From an uncultured Clostridia bacterium (GTDB lineage: Bacteria; Bacillota; Clostridia; UBA1381): a stretch of 64,000 nucleotides of DNA. Location of the stretch: assembly GCA_947628515.1 (NCBI GenBank), contig CANRAG010000002.1:458-64457 (forward strand), given 5' to 3'. Of the stretch, positions 55,166 through 64,000 are shown piece after piece. Made by a program: the position numbers and the translations under genes. The notes below the pieces were generated by a model that saw only the letters and a list, made by a program, of their open reading frames with translations, searched no databases and was not told the DNA's origin. Position 1 is the stretch's first letter, and each line of letters starts with the position of its first letter.

Positions 55166-56131
55166 TTACCACAGCGCGGTGTCCTGAACTCTTTTGCTTA
55201 ACCAGTTGGAGCCGAACAGGAAAATCATGCTTACTACCGAGTTAAACAGACCTACCGCCACCGAGTAGCTGTAGTTGAACTCCAAAAGACCTTTGCGGTA
55301 TACAAACGTCGATATTACATCCGCTGTACTGTATATTGCTTCATTGTAGAGCAAAATTATCTTTTCATAGCCTACACCGAGAATACTTCCCAGGCGGAGT
55401 ATGAGCATTACAACTATAGTCGGCATAATGCCGGGAAGTGTGACATGCAGCGTCTGTTTCCAGCGTCCGGCGCCATCGATGGCAGCCGCCTCGTACAATT
55501 GCTGGTCAATGCCCATAAGAGCCGAAAAATATACTATCGAGCCCCAGCCCATCTCCTGCCATATCTCGGAAATCACATATATCGGGACAAAATATTTCGG
55601 GTTGTTTAGCAGGCTTGAGTCCCCGCCCGTGATTGAGTTCACCAAACTGCCCACAACTCCGGTATCCGATACGAAGGTCTTTATCATACTGCATATGACT
55701 ACCATTGATATGAAATGAGGGAGATACGAGATTGTCTGAACCGTTTTACAGAAGTATTTGTTTCTGACCTCATTTATAATAAGCGCCAATATTATCGGCG
55801 CGGGAAATCCGAATACAATGCTTGTTCCGCTTATAATAAGAGTATTGCTTAGAAGGCGTTTAAAATATATGCTCCCGAAAAATTGCTTAAAATGCTTAAG
55901 TCCCACAAATGTGCTGCCGAATATTCCGTCCTTCGGACTGTAATCCGTGAACGCCATATACGCGCCCAGCATCGGTTTGTAACAAAAATACAGATAATAC
56001 AGAACTATCGGTATAGCCAAAAAGTAAAGCTCGTAATTTCTGGAAAAATCCTTTTTCAGCCTTTTTCTCAAAGTGGTTTTTGTCAAAGCATCCGCCCGTT
56101 GGGCGGATGCTTTCAATCTGTTTGTCTTCAT
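55166..56131 (-). CDS. Carbohydrate ABC transporter permease (LplB/MalF-like)
   Basis: 321 aa. The EAA loop is YEAAAIDGAGRWKQTLHVTLPGI, and the N-terminal basic tail is typical of LplB-type permeases. Confidence 0.85.
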   Translation of the reverse strand: MKTNRLKASAQRADALTKTTLRKRLKKDFSRNYELYFLAIPIVLYYLYFCYKPMLGAYMAFTDYSPKDGIFGSTFVGLKHFKQFFGSIYFKRLLSNTLIISGTSIVFGFPAPIILALIINEVRNKYFCKTVQTISYLPHFISMVVICSMIKTFVSDTGVVGSLVNSITGGDSSLLNNPKYFVPIYVISEIWQEMGWGSIVYFSALMGIDQQLYEAAAIDGAGRWKQTLHVTLPGIMPTIVVMLILRLGSILGVGYEKIILLYNEAIYSTADVISTFVYRKGLLEFNYSYSVAVGLFNSVVSMIFLFGSNWLSKRVQDTALW

Positions 56132-56154
56132 ATTAACCCCTGAATAAATTATAT

Positions 56155-57753
56155 TTACCTTGTTTTATATCTTTCATACGCTTCCTGGTATACTTGCACA
56201 TACTCGTCAACTCCGATGCTCTTGAGTTGATTTAAATATTCGTCGTAGTCGTCTATTGACATTGTGCCCAAGATAAAGCTCATAAACGACTCCGAGGTGT
56301 ATGTGTCAAGGTCACTCTTTATTCGCGCTATTCTATCGCTTTCCTCGGTTGTGAGAAGCAGCCTCGGAAGCTGTGTCTTATCCGCGTCGTTATCCGACCA
56401 CACCTCCAGGGCTTTCTTCTGTTCCGGAAGGCTCGCGCTCTGTTCCATATATCGCGGATCCTGAACAAACGGACCGTTTCCGTTCGGACGGGCGTAAATA
56501 TACAGAGCGTCCGTAAATGATTTTCCGTCCGGGTTATTTGTTATAATATCCGTATATGTGGGGTATCCGTCTATCATGTTATAGCTTACGCCCTCCTCGC
56601 CGAAGTTAAAGAGCATATGCCCCTCTTCGCTGTAAGCGTAGTCAAGGTATCTCATGGCAAGCTCAACGTCCTTGCAGCTTGAACTTATGGATGCCGAACC
56701 TGCTGCCTGAACCATATTGTCAAACTGTCCGAAGCGCACTCTTTCGCCCTTCTTCAGCGACGGGTACGGCGCCGCCACAAGCTTGAAATTCGGATCGACA
56801 GACTTCATTGCCGACGTCCACTTACCGATGCCGCCGCCGACATTTCCTATCATAGCGCCTGTTTTGCCGTCAAGGACGTTTGAGTCGAGTATTTTCGAGT
56901 CAAGCGTAGCAACGTTTTTATCTATGAGCCCTTCCTCATACCATTGATGCATTGTTTTTATAAATTCCTTATAGCCCGGCTCCGCTTCGCCGTATTTAAC
57001 CTTTCCGTTGTCGATATACAGACCGCTGCGCACGCCGTACGCGCCGGAGAACGCCGCTGACGACTTTAGTGAACTTGTAAGGAAACTAAGAGGAGCTGCC
57101 ACGCCCTTCTGCTCCTTAAACGCCGTCAAAACGGTATGCCACTCGTCTATCGTGGTCGGGACTTCAAGATTTAATTCGTCAAGCCAGTCTTGCCTGAGCA
57201 TAAGTCCGCAGAATACGATAAGCGACTTATCTCCTCTTATAAACGGGAACGAGTAATATATTCCGTCGTCGGTCTTGCACATCTTATCGACATCCGGATG
57301 CTCCTCAAGATATTTGCAGAAATTGGGCGCGAATTGCAGGTAGTCGTTGAGAGGGATTATATACTCCTCCTCAATCGCCTTGCTCGGCCCGCCCGGATAA
57401 TTATAAAAATCTATCTCCATTATATCCGGATATTCCCCCGACGCGAGCATCATATTATTTTGCTCGCCGCTGGAGGGATGGGTGAACTTAACGTCTATAC
57501 CCGTTTTTTCCTTTACCGCTTTATAGAACGGTAAATCGGCAAAGTTTGTCACGCCCGCCGTGCTCTGATTTGGGAATTCAACCCAATATGTAAGAGTTGT
57601 GGACGACTCTATGGGATATGTGTCTCCGTACTTCGCGTCCGTCGGTGAAGCCGATGTTTTTACCTCGTCTTTCTTTTCGCCGCAGCCTGACAAAATGCCG
57701 GTCGTAAACATTGACATCGCCGCTATCGCGGCAATAAACGATTTCCTTTTCAT
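56155..57753 (-). CDS. Extracellular solute-binding lipoprotein (LplA-type, large family-1 SBP)
   Basis: ATG 57753 (GAGGAG 7 nt upstream) gives MKRKSFIAAIAAMSMFTTGILSGC, a lipobox. The ~530-aa size is typical of LplA/YtcQ SBPs. No ATPase gene is in the locus, which is usual for this transporter type. Confidence 0.85.
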   Translation of the reverse strand: MKRKSFIAAIAAMSMFTTGILSGCGEKKDEVKTSASPTDAKYGDTYPIESSTTLTYWVEFPNQSTAGVTNFADLPFYKAVKEKTGIDVKFTHPSSGEQNNMMLASGEYPDIMEIDFYNYPGGPSKAIEEEYIIPLNDYLQFAPNFCKYLEEHPDVDKMCKTDDGIYYSFPFIRGDKSLIVFCGLMLRQDWLDELNLEVPTTIDEWHTVLTAFKEQKGVAAPLSFLTSSLKSSAAFSGAYGVRSGLYIDNGKVKYGEAEPGYKEFIKTMHQWYEEGLIDKNVATLDSKILDSNVLDGKTGAMIGNVGGGIGKWTSAMKSVDPNFKLVAAPYPSLKKGERVRFGQFDNMVQAAGSASISSSCKDVELAMRYLDYAYSEEGHMLFNFGEEGVSYNMIDGYPTYTDIITNNPDGKSFTDALYIYARPNGNGPFVQDPRYMEQSASLPEQKKALEVWSDNDADKTQLPRLLLTTEESDRIARIKSDLDTYTSESFMSFILGTMSIDDYDEYLNQLKSIGVDEYVQVYQEAYERYKTR

Positions 57754-58005
57754 GGGATGCCTCCTCTTTCTTATTGTAACCGGCAATATAAGCCGATAAG
57801 TCTTTTTATTATGATATAATAATATTAACATACCTGTCAGCTTAATGTAAACGTCAGCAATTTAACGTTATAAGACAAAATTAAATGTTGTTTGGCGCTC
57901 TTTAAGTCGTTTTCCAACCAAATAACATCATAATTACAGTTTGCATTGCTTTTTTGAAAATCCCGCTGTATAATAAAAGAAATAAAAATATCAGGAGGTA
58001 ACAAT

Positions 58006-59517
58006 ATGGGACTGCCGTTTCAAGTTAATAGGAATTTAACATATGTAAAAAACCCGCAGGTGGAGAAGAACACGTTTATAGGACGAAAGCTGATAACCGG
58101 TGAGCTTCCCGCTTATGAGGACGTTAAGGATATGCTTCCGAAGCCGGTGTTTGACGGTCATAACGACGTCATAGAATGTTATAACAAGGCATGGGAGCTT
58201 GCATTCGGAAATCTCAGGCACGCTAACGCGGACGCGGGCTTTGTCTCTGACTTTATCGACACCGCATTCAACGGCTTTTTGTTTATGTACGACTCCGCGT
58301 TTATTGTAATGTTCGGAAAATATGCGGAAAGATTTTTCAACTTCCAGCAAACGCTTGACAATTTCTACTCGCATCAGCATAAGGATGGATTTATTTGCCG
58401 CGAAATATGCGAAAGCGAACCGGGCGAGCAGTTTTCCAGGGACGACCCCGCCTCCACGGGACCGAACGTACTCCCGTGGGCGGAATGGGAATACTACCTT
58501 TCCACCGGCGATATAAACAGGCTGTCGCGCGTGTTCGATCCGCTGTGCGCATACCACCGCTGGCTGCAGCTGAACCGCTCCTGGCCCGACGGCAGCTACT
58601 GGAGCTGCGGTCTTTCCAACGGTATGGACAATTCGCCAAGGCCGCCAAAGGGCTATGATTCCAATCTCTCGCACGGATTTATGAGCTGGGTAGACACCTG
58701 CGCCCAGCAGTATCTGAGCGCTATAACACTGATTGACATGTCTAAGGTGCTCGGCCGCGCGGATGAAACCGCCTGGTTAAAGGATGAGGCAAAATTGATT
58801 GCCGACATTGTCAACAACACGATGTGGAGTGAAAAGGACGGGTTTTATTATGACAAATACAGAGACGGCACGTTAAGTGACGTTAAAACTGCCGGAGCGT
58901 ATTGGGCTCTCCTGGCGGGACTTGTGCCCGGGGAGCGATTGGAGCGCTTTGTCGCGCACCTTAACAATGAGAACGAATTCAAACGCCCGAACCGCGTTCC
59001 GACTCTTTCGGCAGACTCTCCGTTCTATGAGCCGAATGGCGGATATTGGCGCGGTTCGGTATGGGCGCCGACAAACTATATGATTCTCGCGGGCCTGCGC
59101 CGCGCCGGCTGTCACAGAACGGCGTATGAAATCGCCTGTGACTACCTCAAAAATGTCGTTGATGTTTTTAACGAAACGGGAACTCTGTTTGAAAACTACG
59201 CTCCGGAACGCGCCGCCAAGGGCGACCCGGCAATGCCCGACTTTGTGGGATGGACAGGTCTTGCGCCCATTTCCATTCTCTTTGAATACGTATTCGGCAT
59301 CATCCCCGACGCGCAAAACCGAAAAATCACATGGTATATCAATAGGACGGAGCGCCACGGTATTATGCAATACCCGCTCGGAGACGCGACGGTCAATCTG
59401 ATATGCGAGTCCCGCGGCTCCGACCGTGACAAGCCTGTTGTTCGCGTGACGTCCGATCGCCCCGTCACCGTTAAGGTGATATGGTCCGGCGGCGATAAGA
59501 CCGTTATCACAAAGTAG
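58006..59517 (+). CDS. GH63/GH37-like (alpha/alpha)6 glycoside hydrolase (MGH1/YgjK-like), cytoplasmic
   Basis: 503 aa. GLSNGMDNSPRPP (the GMDNSPR block of GH63-like enzymes), WAEWEYY and GYWRGSVWAPTNYM are present. The RBS is CAGGAGG. It is divergent from the ABC operon. Confidence 0.55.
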   Translation: MGLPFQVNRNLTYVKNPQVEKNTFIGRKLITGELPAYEDVKDMLPKPVFDGHNDVIECYNKAWELAFGNLRHANADAGFVSDFIDTAFNGFLFMYDSAFIVMFGKYAERFFNFQQTLDNFYSHQHKDGFICREICESEPGEQFSRDDPASTGPNVLPWAEWEYYLSTGDINRLSRVFDPLCAYHRWLQLNRSWPDGSYWSCGLSNGMDNSPRPPKGYDSNLSHGFMSWVDTCAQQYLSAITLIDMSKVLGRADETAWLKDEAKLIADIVNNTMWSEKDGFYYDKYRDGTLSDVKTAGAYWALLAGLVPGERLERFVAHLNNENEFKRPNRVPTLSADSPFYEPNGGYWRGSVWAPTNYMILAGLRRAGCHRTAYEIACDYLKNVVDVFNETGTLFENYAPERAAKGDPAMPDFVGWTGLAPISILFEYVFGIIPDAQNRKITWYINRTERHGIMQYPLGDATVNLICESRGSDRDKPVVRVTSDRPVTVKVIWSGGDKTVITK

Positions 59518-59534
59518 AGAACTGCATTTTATAC

Positions 59535-59572
59535 CAAAACAGCCCGAACGGTAAACCGTACGGGCTGTTTTG
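59535..59572. terminator. Bidirectional rho-independent terminator
   Basis: CAAAACAGCCCG (59535-59546) / CGGGCTGTTTTG (59561-59572) with an inner ACGGT/ACCGT stem. It sits between the convergent GH63-like and 1353-aa genes. Confidence 0.7.
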
Positions 59573-59579
59573 GTTCATA

Positions 59580-62500
59580 TCAGTTTTGTTCTCCGGTCAC
59601 GTCCAGATATGTCTGATAATATCTGTGTCCAAATTCAATCTGACCTACCGCGCTTATATGGGTATAGTCATTTTGCCATACCGCCGTATCGTTTTGGTAA
59701 GCGGTACTCTCCGCGCGTGATAGCAGCGGCGTCGGGTCGGTCGATGACGCAAACCCCATATTCGGGATATGGCCGAGTTCTTCCCGCACTCTCGCGTTGT
59801 GTATCACATACGCCGATCGGTTTGTCTCGCTTAGTCCTCCCAATATGAGCGGAACCTCCGGAGCGTCCAAAGCGGCGCGCAAATCATAGACCAAATTTCG
59901 CAAACGTCTCGGATAGGACGCGTCCTGCGCGTCGGACTCACCCTGATGCCATAGCAATCCTTTAAACTCCGCGTCGCCGGAAAGAGCCTGCTTCATACGT
60001 TCGATAGTATTGGCATACCCGTTTACGACATCTTTGATTTTATCATCCTTTGCCGCGTCCTTCTCATAAGAGAGAATAGACGAGCCGGAGGACGACTGTA
60101 CAACCAGTCCTATATTAATATCCGGGTTTGCTGCGGCTGTATCCTCCGCAAATTGATAGCCCATGTTGATACCGAACTGCGGTCCCACATTATCGCTTGC
60201 GTCCGACCAGCCTATATACGGATATTCGGTGCCAATGCCGTTTACTCCGGAATAACGCCGATACGGATGCTGCGCCTGTTCAAAATTGCCCTCTTTATTG
60301 AGAAGCTTCACATTGTCTGAAATCGGGATGTCCACGCCCTCCGCCACGGGGTTGTTCGTGCCGGACATATTGGACTGCCCTATCATCAGATACACATATG
60401 TGGACGGCTTCACCTGCGCTCTTACAGAACCGACTGTAAGTCCGTCTTTTTGAGCCGTTATTACGGCAAAGCCTTCGGATTTCGCCGTTACGCTTCCGCT
60501 CTCGTCCACCGAAGCAACCCGTGGATTGGAACTTGTCCATATAACATCCGCCGCGGCAGCGGTAAGCTGCCCTTCTCCGTGCATTGGCAGGAACAGGTTT
60601 TGCATCTGAAGTCCCTGTCCTCCTCCAAACCGAACAGGACGGCACAACGGTCTTTGGCTGTCGGCTGTCCACAGATATGCCGCCAGTGTTCCATCATTTC
60701 CAAAATCATCCGGAAGCTTGACGCTCGCGCTAACCGGTTCAAACTCCGCTTGCGCTGTCGCCTTTGCGGCGGCGGCCGAAATCAGCCGACCGTCTTTATA
60801 CGCGGCAAGGATAAGCGTTACATCTTTCTCGTCCACAGCGTCCTTTGCCGAAATCTCAGCCCGCGCGTATACGCTGCCGCCCGGTACAATTCCGGTTAAC
60901 GGTTTTGTCATATCCGAATCCTCGTACAGTCCCAAATTACGCGTTACAATATCGGTTTTAATCGCTACGGTCTTGGTTTTACTGCACTTACCCAATCTGT
61001 CGGATGCGGATAGAACAATGTTTCCGTCGGCTATTTCCGGCGAAATACGCAGCGTCCGGCCGTGTATCGACGCAGCATCTTCCGCCGCTCCCGACACCGT
61101 CCAGACAATGCCCTCCGGATTTGCCGGATTGGTATCGCCGTCTTTGTCCGTGAACACTGCGGGCAGTTTGTACTCCAACGCCTCCGCCGGATTGATTTTA
61201 TCGGGTACATCACTCAAATCAATATCCGTGACTTCGGTGTACGAAACGGTCATATTATTCAATATGCCCTGTGTTTTGGCGTCCTTTATAAGTACCGTGT
61301 TGTATTTAACATAACGCGCGTCGGTAGTTGGCAGATAATATACCTGACGACCGCCATATTCCGGCAGCCCTCCCGCGTAAATATCGGTAATCGGCGTATA
61401 TTGCAATCCGTCCCGTGACGCGGAAACGGAAAAGCTCATAACCGAAGAGGGATCGTGCTCCAAAACAATCTTGTTGAACTTTGCCTGTTTTCCCAGATCC
61501 AGTACAGTGCCATCGAGCTGGTTCACATCGCTGTCGCCCACTCCGGTTTCGTAAAGAGCCGACTGCCATGCGCCGGAGCTGGCGGGAGCCTCCAACGGCG
61601 TGCCCTCTTTTGGCTCCTCCGTCTCCTCCTCACCGATAGAACGCTTTATTTCAAAGAAATCGTATGTCCATGTTACCGTCGTGCCCAAATCCTGCGCGTC
61701 GGTATTGCTCTTGCCCTCCGGCTGCACAACCGGGTAGAAAAGAATTTTTTCAAACCGTTCGAGGTCCGTGGAGAACTTGGCGGATGCTATCTGCTGCCCG
61801 TTCAATTTCCCCGTTATTGTGCCGGCGTCGGGGTCTATAACATATACAAGCGTCTGGTCTATGTTCTCCGCGTCCGCGGAAAGCGGGATATTCCCCGTCA
61901 TATCCAGGAACTGGTTCGTCGGCGCCCAATAAACCAGCGTCATCTTCGCTGTAGTGCCCTTACTGTAATCATCCGCTTTAATTCGGAACTTTATGGTAGC
62001 GGTAATGGGCTTATCCAGCAAAATCGGCTGTGGGTCCGTAACCTGAAGTCTCTGCTGGTACGCGGAGGACAGGGATTGCTTTACCTCGAATTTATCATCG
62101 TCCTCAATCAGCTTCTGCGAGAAATTTTTATCGGTACCGGCATTGTAGTACTCATGCAAAATTGCGCCGACAGACTCCGTCTGCGTAAGAGTGGCGTTTT
62201 TAAATGACATATTCTTGTCAATTAACAGCCGATCGTTTCCGGGTACGTAAGGCGTGGCTGTCGGCTCCTCTCCCTCTCCCACGGCGGTTACTTTAAAATA
62301 ATCGATTGTCCATGTGATAGGCGTTACGAGCTTTTCCGTATTCTCGCCCGTGCCCCCGTTTGTGTTCTGGGCTATGAGCTGGAACATAAGCGTGCCGAGA
62401 TTGGCAACCCTTGCAGGGTCATATGAACTGCTGTAACATTCCGCTCCGTCCAGGGTCGCCGTGACCGTGTGTACGGTAGGATTTATGGTGTAGATTAAAT

Positions 62501-63641
62501 CATGCCAACTATCCGCGGTCTCGGATGTTATGGGAATAGTCTTGTTCATATCCGCCCAAAGCGCGCCCTCCTGCAAAACCAGCCGCGCCTTGACGAACGG
62601 AACCGTATCATAACTGTCCGCCGCAAGCTTAAATCTCAATGACACGTGATATGATGTACTGTTCAGCGTCACCGATGAAAGGTCTGCGGAGCGTATTCTG
62701 AAATTGTTTCCCGAATTGCCTGTCTGACGCGCCACAAGCGCGTCGCCGCCCTCGGATACTTTAATATCCGCGCCTATCCAGTTCATAATTACGGCGGTAT
62801 CTCCCGACGCGGCGTCCTTCCACGCGTTTTGTGAGATACTGTTATCCCATCCGTAGGATGTCTGCTTGTCAACGGAGAACACATCGCCGCCGGGCGCCGG
62901 AGTCGTCTCCTCGCCGCTGCCCTCGCCTACGGCCGAAGCTTTTAAGTAGTCAACAGTCCATGTGATGGGACTGTTAAGCGCAGCGTTTTCCTCGATTTGA
63001 CCGTTGGTATTCTGCGCTATCAGCTGGAATTGGGGCGTCCCGAGATTGGTATTTGCCGCCGCGTCAAACGAACCGCTGTAACACGCGTCGCCGTCCAGTG
63101 TGGCTGTTAGAGTATGCGCGGCGGGATCTATGGTGTAGACAAGCTCGCGCCACTTGTCCGCGTCGCTCTCTGTCAGCGGGATGTTCTTGTTCATATCGGC
63201 GTAAACTCCCGCCCATACCATACGGGCTTTTACAAACGGCGCTGTGTCATAGTTTTCCGCCGCCAGCTTAAACCGCATGGAAATCCGGTAGATTTTGCCG
63301 CTTTCCAACCGTGTAGAGGACATATCCGCCGCGTTAATACGCAGCTGATACGCCGATGTGTTTTTCTGATTAATAACGAGCGAGTCCCTGTCCTCGGACG
63401 CTTTAATATCGCAGTTTACCCAGTTGTTGACCACGGAAACGCCGCCGGACAAATCATCCTTCCACGCGAATTGACTAATACCGTTATCCCATCCGTAGGA
63501 TGTCTGCTTGTCAACCAAAAACAACACCTCCTCATTCTCGTCGGGGTCCACCGCAAGAACGCTCGCGTTTGGGCACATCAATAGCAATATCATTGACAAC
63601 AATAACGCTATCCTACTCGAAATCCCTTTTTTTAACAGCAT
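59580..63641 (-). CDS. Secreted 1353-aa esterase: three tandem unassigned modules, discoidin-like domain, Ig-like domains (one Big_2), C-terminal SASA/DUF303 acetylesterase domain
   Basis: Signal peptide ...LMCPNASVLAVDP. Modules 1-3 end in ITWTVDYLKASAVGEGSG, ITWTIDYFKVTAVGEGEE and VTWTYDFFEIKRSIGEE. The Big_2 region is IWTSSNPRVASVDESGSVTAKSEGFAVITA. The SASA region is YVYLMIGQSNMSG...GLLWHQGESD...YTHISAVGQIEFGHRY. Confidence 0.8.
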   Translation of the reverse strand: MLLKKGISSRIALLLSMILLLMCPNASVLAVDPDENEEVLFLVDKQTSYGWDNGISQFAWKDDLSGGVSVVNNWVNCDIKASEDRDSLVINQKNTSAYQLRINAADMSSTRLESGKIYRISMRFKLAAENYDTAPFVKARMVWAGVYADMNKNIPLTESDADKWRELVYTIDPAAHTLTATLDGDACYSGSFDAAANTNLGTPQFQLIAQNTNGQIEENAALNSPITWTVDYLKASAVGEGSGEETTPAPGGDVFSVDKQTSYGWDNSISQNAWKDAASGDTAVIMNWIGADIKVSEGGDALVARQTGNSGNNFRIRSADLSSVTLNSTSYHVSLRFKLAADSYDTVPFVKARLVLQEGALWADMNKTIPITSETADSWHDLIYTINPTVHTVTATLDGAECYSSSYDPARVANLGTLMFQLIAQNTNGGTGENTEKLVTPITWTIDYFKVTAVGEGEEPTATPYVPGNDRLLIDKNMSFKNATLTQTESVGAILHEYYNAGTDKNFSQKLIEDDDKFEVKQSLSSAYQQRLQVTDPQPILLDKPITATIKFRIKADDYSKGTTAKMTLVYWAPTNQFLDMTGNIPLSADAENIDQTLVYVIDPDAGTITGKLNGQQIASAKFSTDLERFEKILFYPVVQPEGKSNTDAQDLGTTVTWTYDFFEIKRSIGEEETEEPKEGTPLEAPASSGAWQSALYETGVGDSDVNQLDGTVLDLGKQAKFNKIVLEHDPSSVMSFSVSASRDGLQYTPITDIYAGGLPEYGGRQVYYLPTTDARYVKYNTVLIKDAKTQGILNNMTVSYTEVTDIDLSDVPDKINPAEALEYKLPAVFTDKDGDTNPANPEGIVWTVSGAAEDAASIHGRTLRISPEIADGNIVLSASDRLGKCSKTKTVAIKTDIVTRNLGLYEDSDMTKPLTGIVPGGSVYARAEISAKDAVDEKDVTLILAAYKDGRLISAAAAKATAQAEFEPVSASVKLPDDFGNDGTLAAYLWTADSQRPLCRPVRFGGGQGLQMQNLFLPMHGEGQLTAAAADVIWTSSNPRVASVDESGSVTAKSEGFAVITAQKDGLTVGSVRAQVKPSTYVYLMIGQSNMSGTNNPVAEGVDIPISDNVKLLNKEGNFEQAQHPYRRYSGVNGIGTEYPYIGWSDASDNVGPQFGINMGYQFAEDTAAANPDINIGLVVQSSSGSSILSYEKDAAKDDKIKDVVNGYANTIERMKQALSGDAEFKGLLWHQGESDAQDASYPRRLRNLVYDLRAALDAPEVPLILGGLSETNRSAYVIHNARVREELGHIPNMGFASSTDPTPLLSRAESTAYQNDTAVWQNDYTHISAVGQIEFGHRYYQTYLDVTGEQN

Positions 63642-63698
63642 AAAAATACCTCCTTTTTGTATCAGATAATATAAGTAACTTATTCAATTCCATCCAAA

Positions 63699-64000
63699 TC
63701 ATTGCTCACTGTTATTTAAAACACGCTTATACGCGTCATAATATCTATGTCCGAACTCAATCTGTCCCTTGGCGCTGAAATGGACGTAATCGTCATCATT
63801 TCCCGAATAGCAGCCCGTGGCGTGTCGGCTCGGTATCATAGACGGCTCGGTTGACGACGCAAAGCCGTACGCGGCAATATAATCAACCTGCTGCGCCGAC
63901 TTGATATTATGCGGTCCGGCGCCAATATTATCCTCCGAAAGCCCTCCGTTTATAAACGGAACCTCCGGAGCGTTAAACGCAAGTCTGAAATCGTAAAGCA
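63699..64000 (-). CDS. 3' end of another SASA/DUF303-type esterase gene (5' part beyond the window)
   Basis: My own translation is ...LYDFRLAFNAPEVPFINGGLSE...GFASSTEPSMIPS...DDDYVHFSAKGQIEFGHRYYDAYKRVLNNSEQ*. It parallels the C-terminus of the 1353-aa protein (...VYDLRAALDAPEVPLILGGLSE...YTHISAVGQIEFGHRYYQTYLDV). The stop is at 63699-63701. Confidence 0.6.
   Translation of the reverse strand, partial: LYDFRLAFNAPEVPFINGGLSEDNIGAGPHNIKSAQQVDYIAAYGFASSTEPSMIPSRHATGCYSGNDDDYVHFSAKGQIEFGHRYYDAYKRVLNNSEQ

Noticed and set aside
1-64000. Searched by eye for CRISPR arrays, tRNA/rRNA genes, transposases, integrases, toxin-antitoxin pairs and known defence-system signatures
   Set aside because: I found no regularly spaced direct repeats and no cloverleaf-like or rRNA-like conserved stretches in the intergenic regions. 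No ORF has recombinase, nuclease-NTPase or defence hallmark motifs. The only mobility hint is the inverted repeat at 16015/19042.

Overview
This 64-kb window looks like an anaerobic Gram-positive, Clostridia-type genome. The clues are SLH cell-wall anchors, an Flx-Hdr redox module and AGGAGG-type RBSs, but no taxon can be proven without a database search. Roughly 90% of the coding capacity is on the minus strand. I see five blocks. (i) 1-4.9 kb holds a 3'-truncated secreted SASA-type acetylesterase, a frameshifted AraC regulator and an SLH-domain gene remnant. (ii) 4.9-16 kb is one tight 11-gene string: ldh-hdrBCA-flxDCBA, then a soluble FrdB/FrdA-like pair and an AAE-family transporter, preceded by a Rex-like operator. 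(iii) 16-19 kb is an AT-rich, self-contained cassette bracketed by an imperfect inverted repeat. It carries an adhesin-like secreted protein, a 54-aa acidic ORF, its own promoter and terminators, and an orphan short transcription unit. (iv) 19.2-29.3 kb holds housekeeping genes: xth, an RNase H1-like gene, DeoR, hisA/G/Z, a PHP phosphatase, a C69 dipeptidase, an SGNH-like protein and a phosphohexomutase. (v) 29.3-64 kb is a Gram-positive polysaccharide-utilisation locus with a permuted GH3, GH38, GH88, GH130, a GH63-like enzyme, a heparinase II/III-like lyase, CE4, SASA esterases and an LplABC-type ABC importer. These are interleaved with large secreted or SLH-anchored proteins, several built from a recurrent ~220-aa module I cannot assign; two of them share a near-identical C-terminal domain, and a second small acidic ORF of the same family as the first lies here. 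I saw no rRNA, tRNA, CRISPR array, transposase, integrase or recognisable defence gene. The best candidates for something new are the Flx-Hdr/Frd-like/AAE fusion operon, the pairing of small ORFs with CTD-bearing secreted proteins, the unassigned module family, and the inverted-repeat-bounded cassette.
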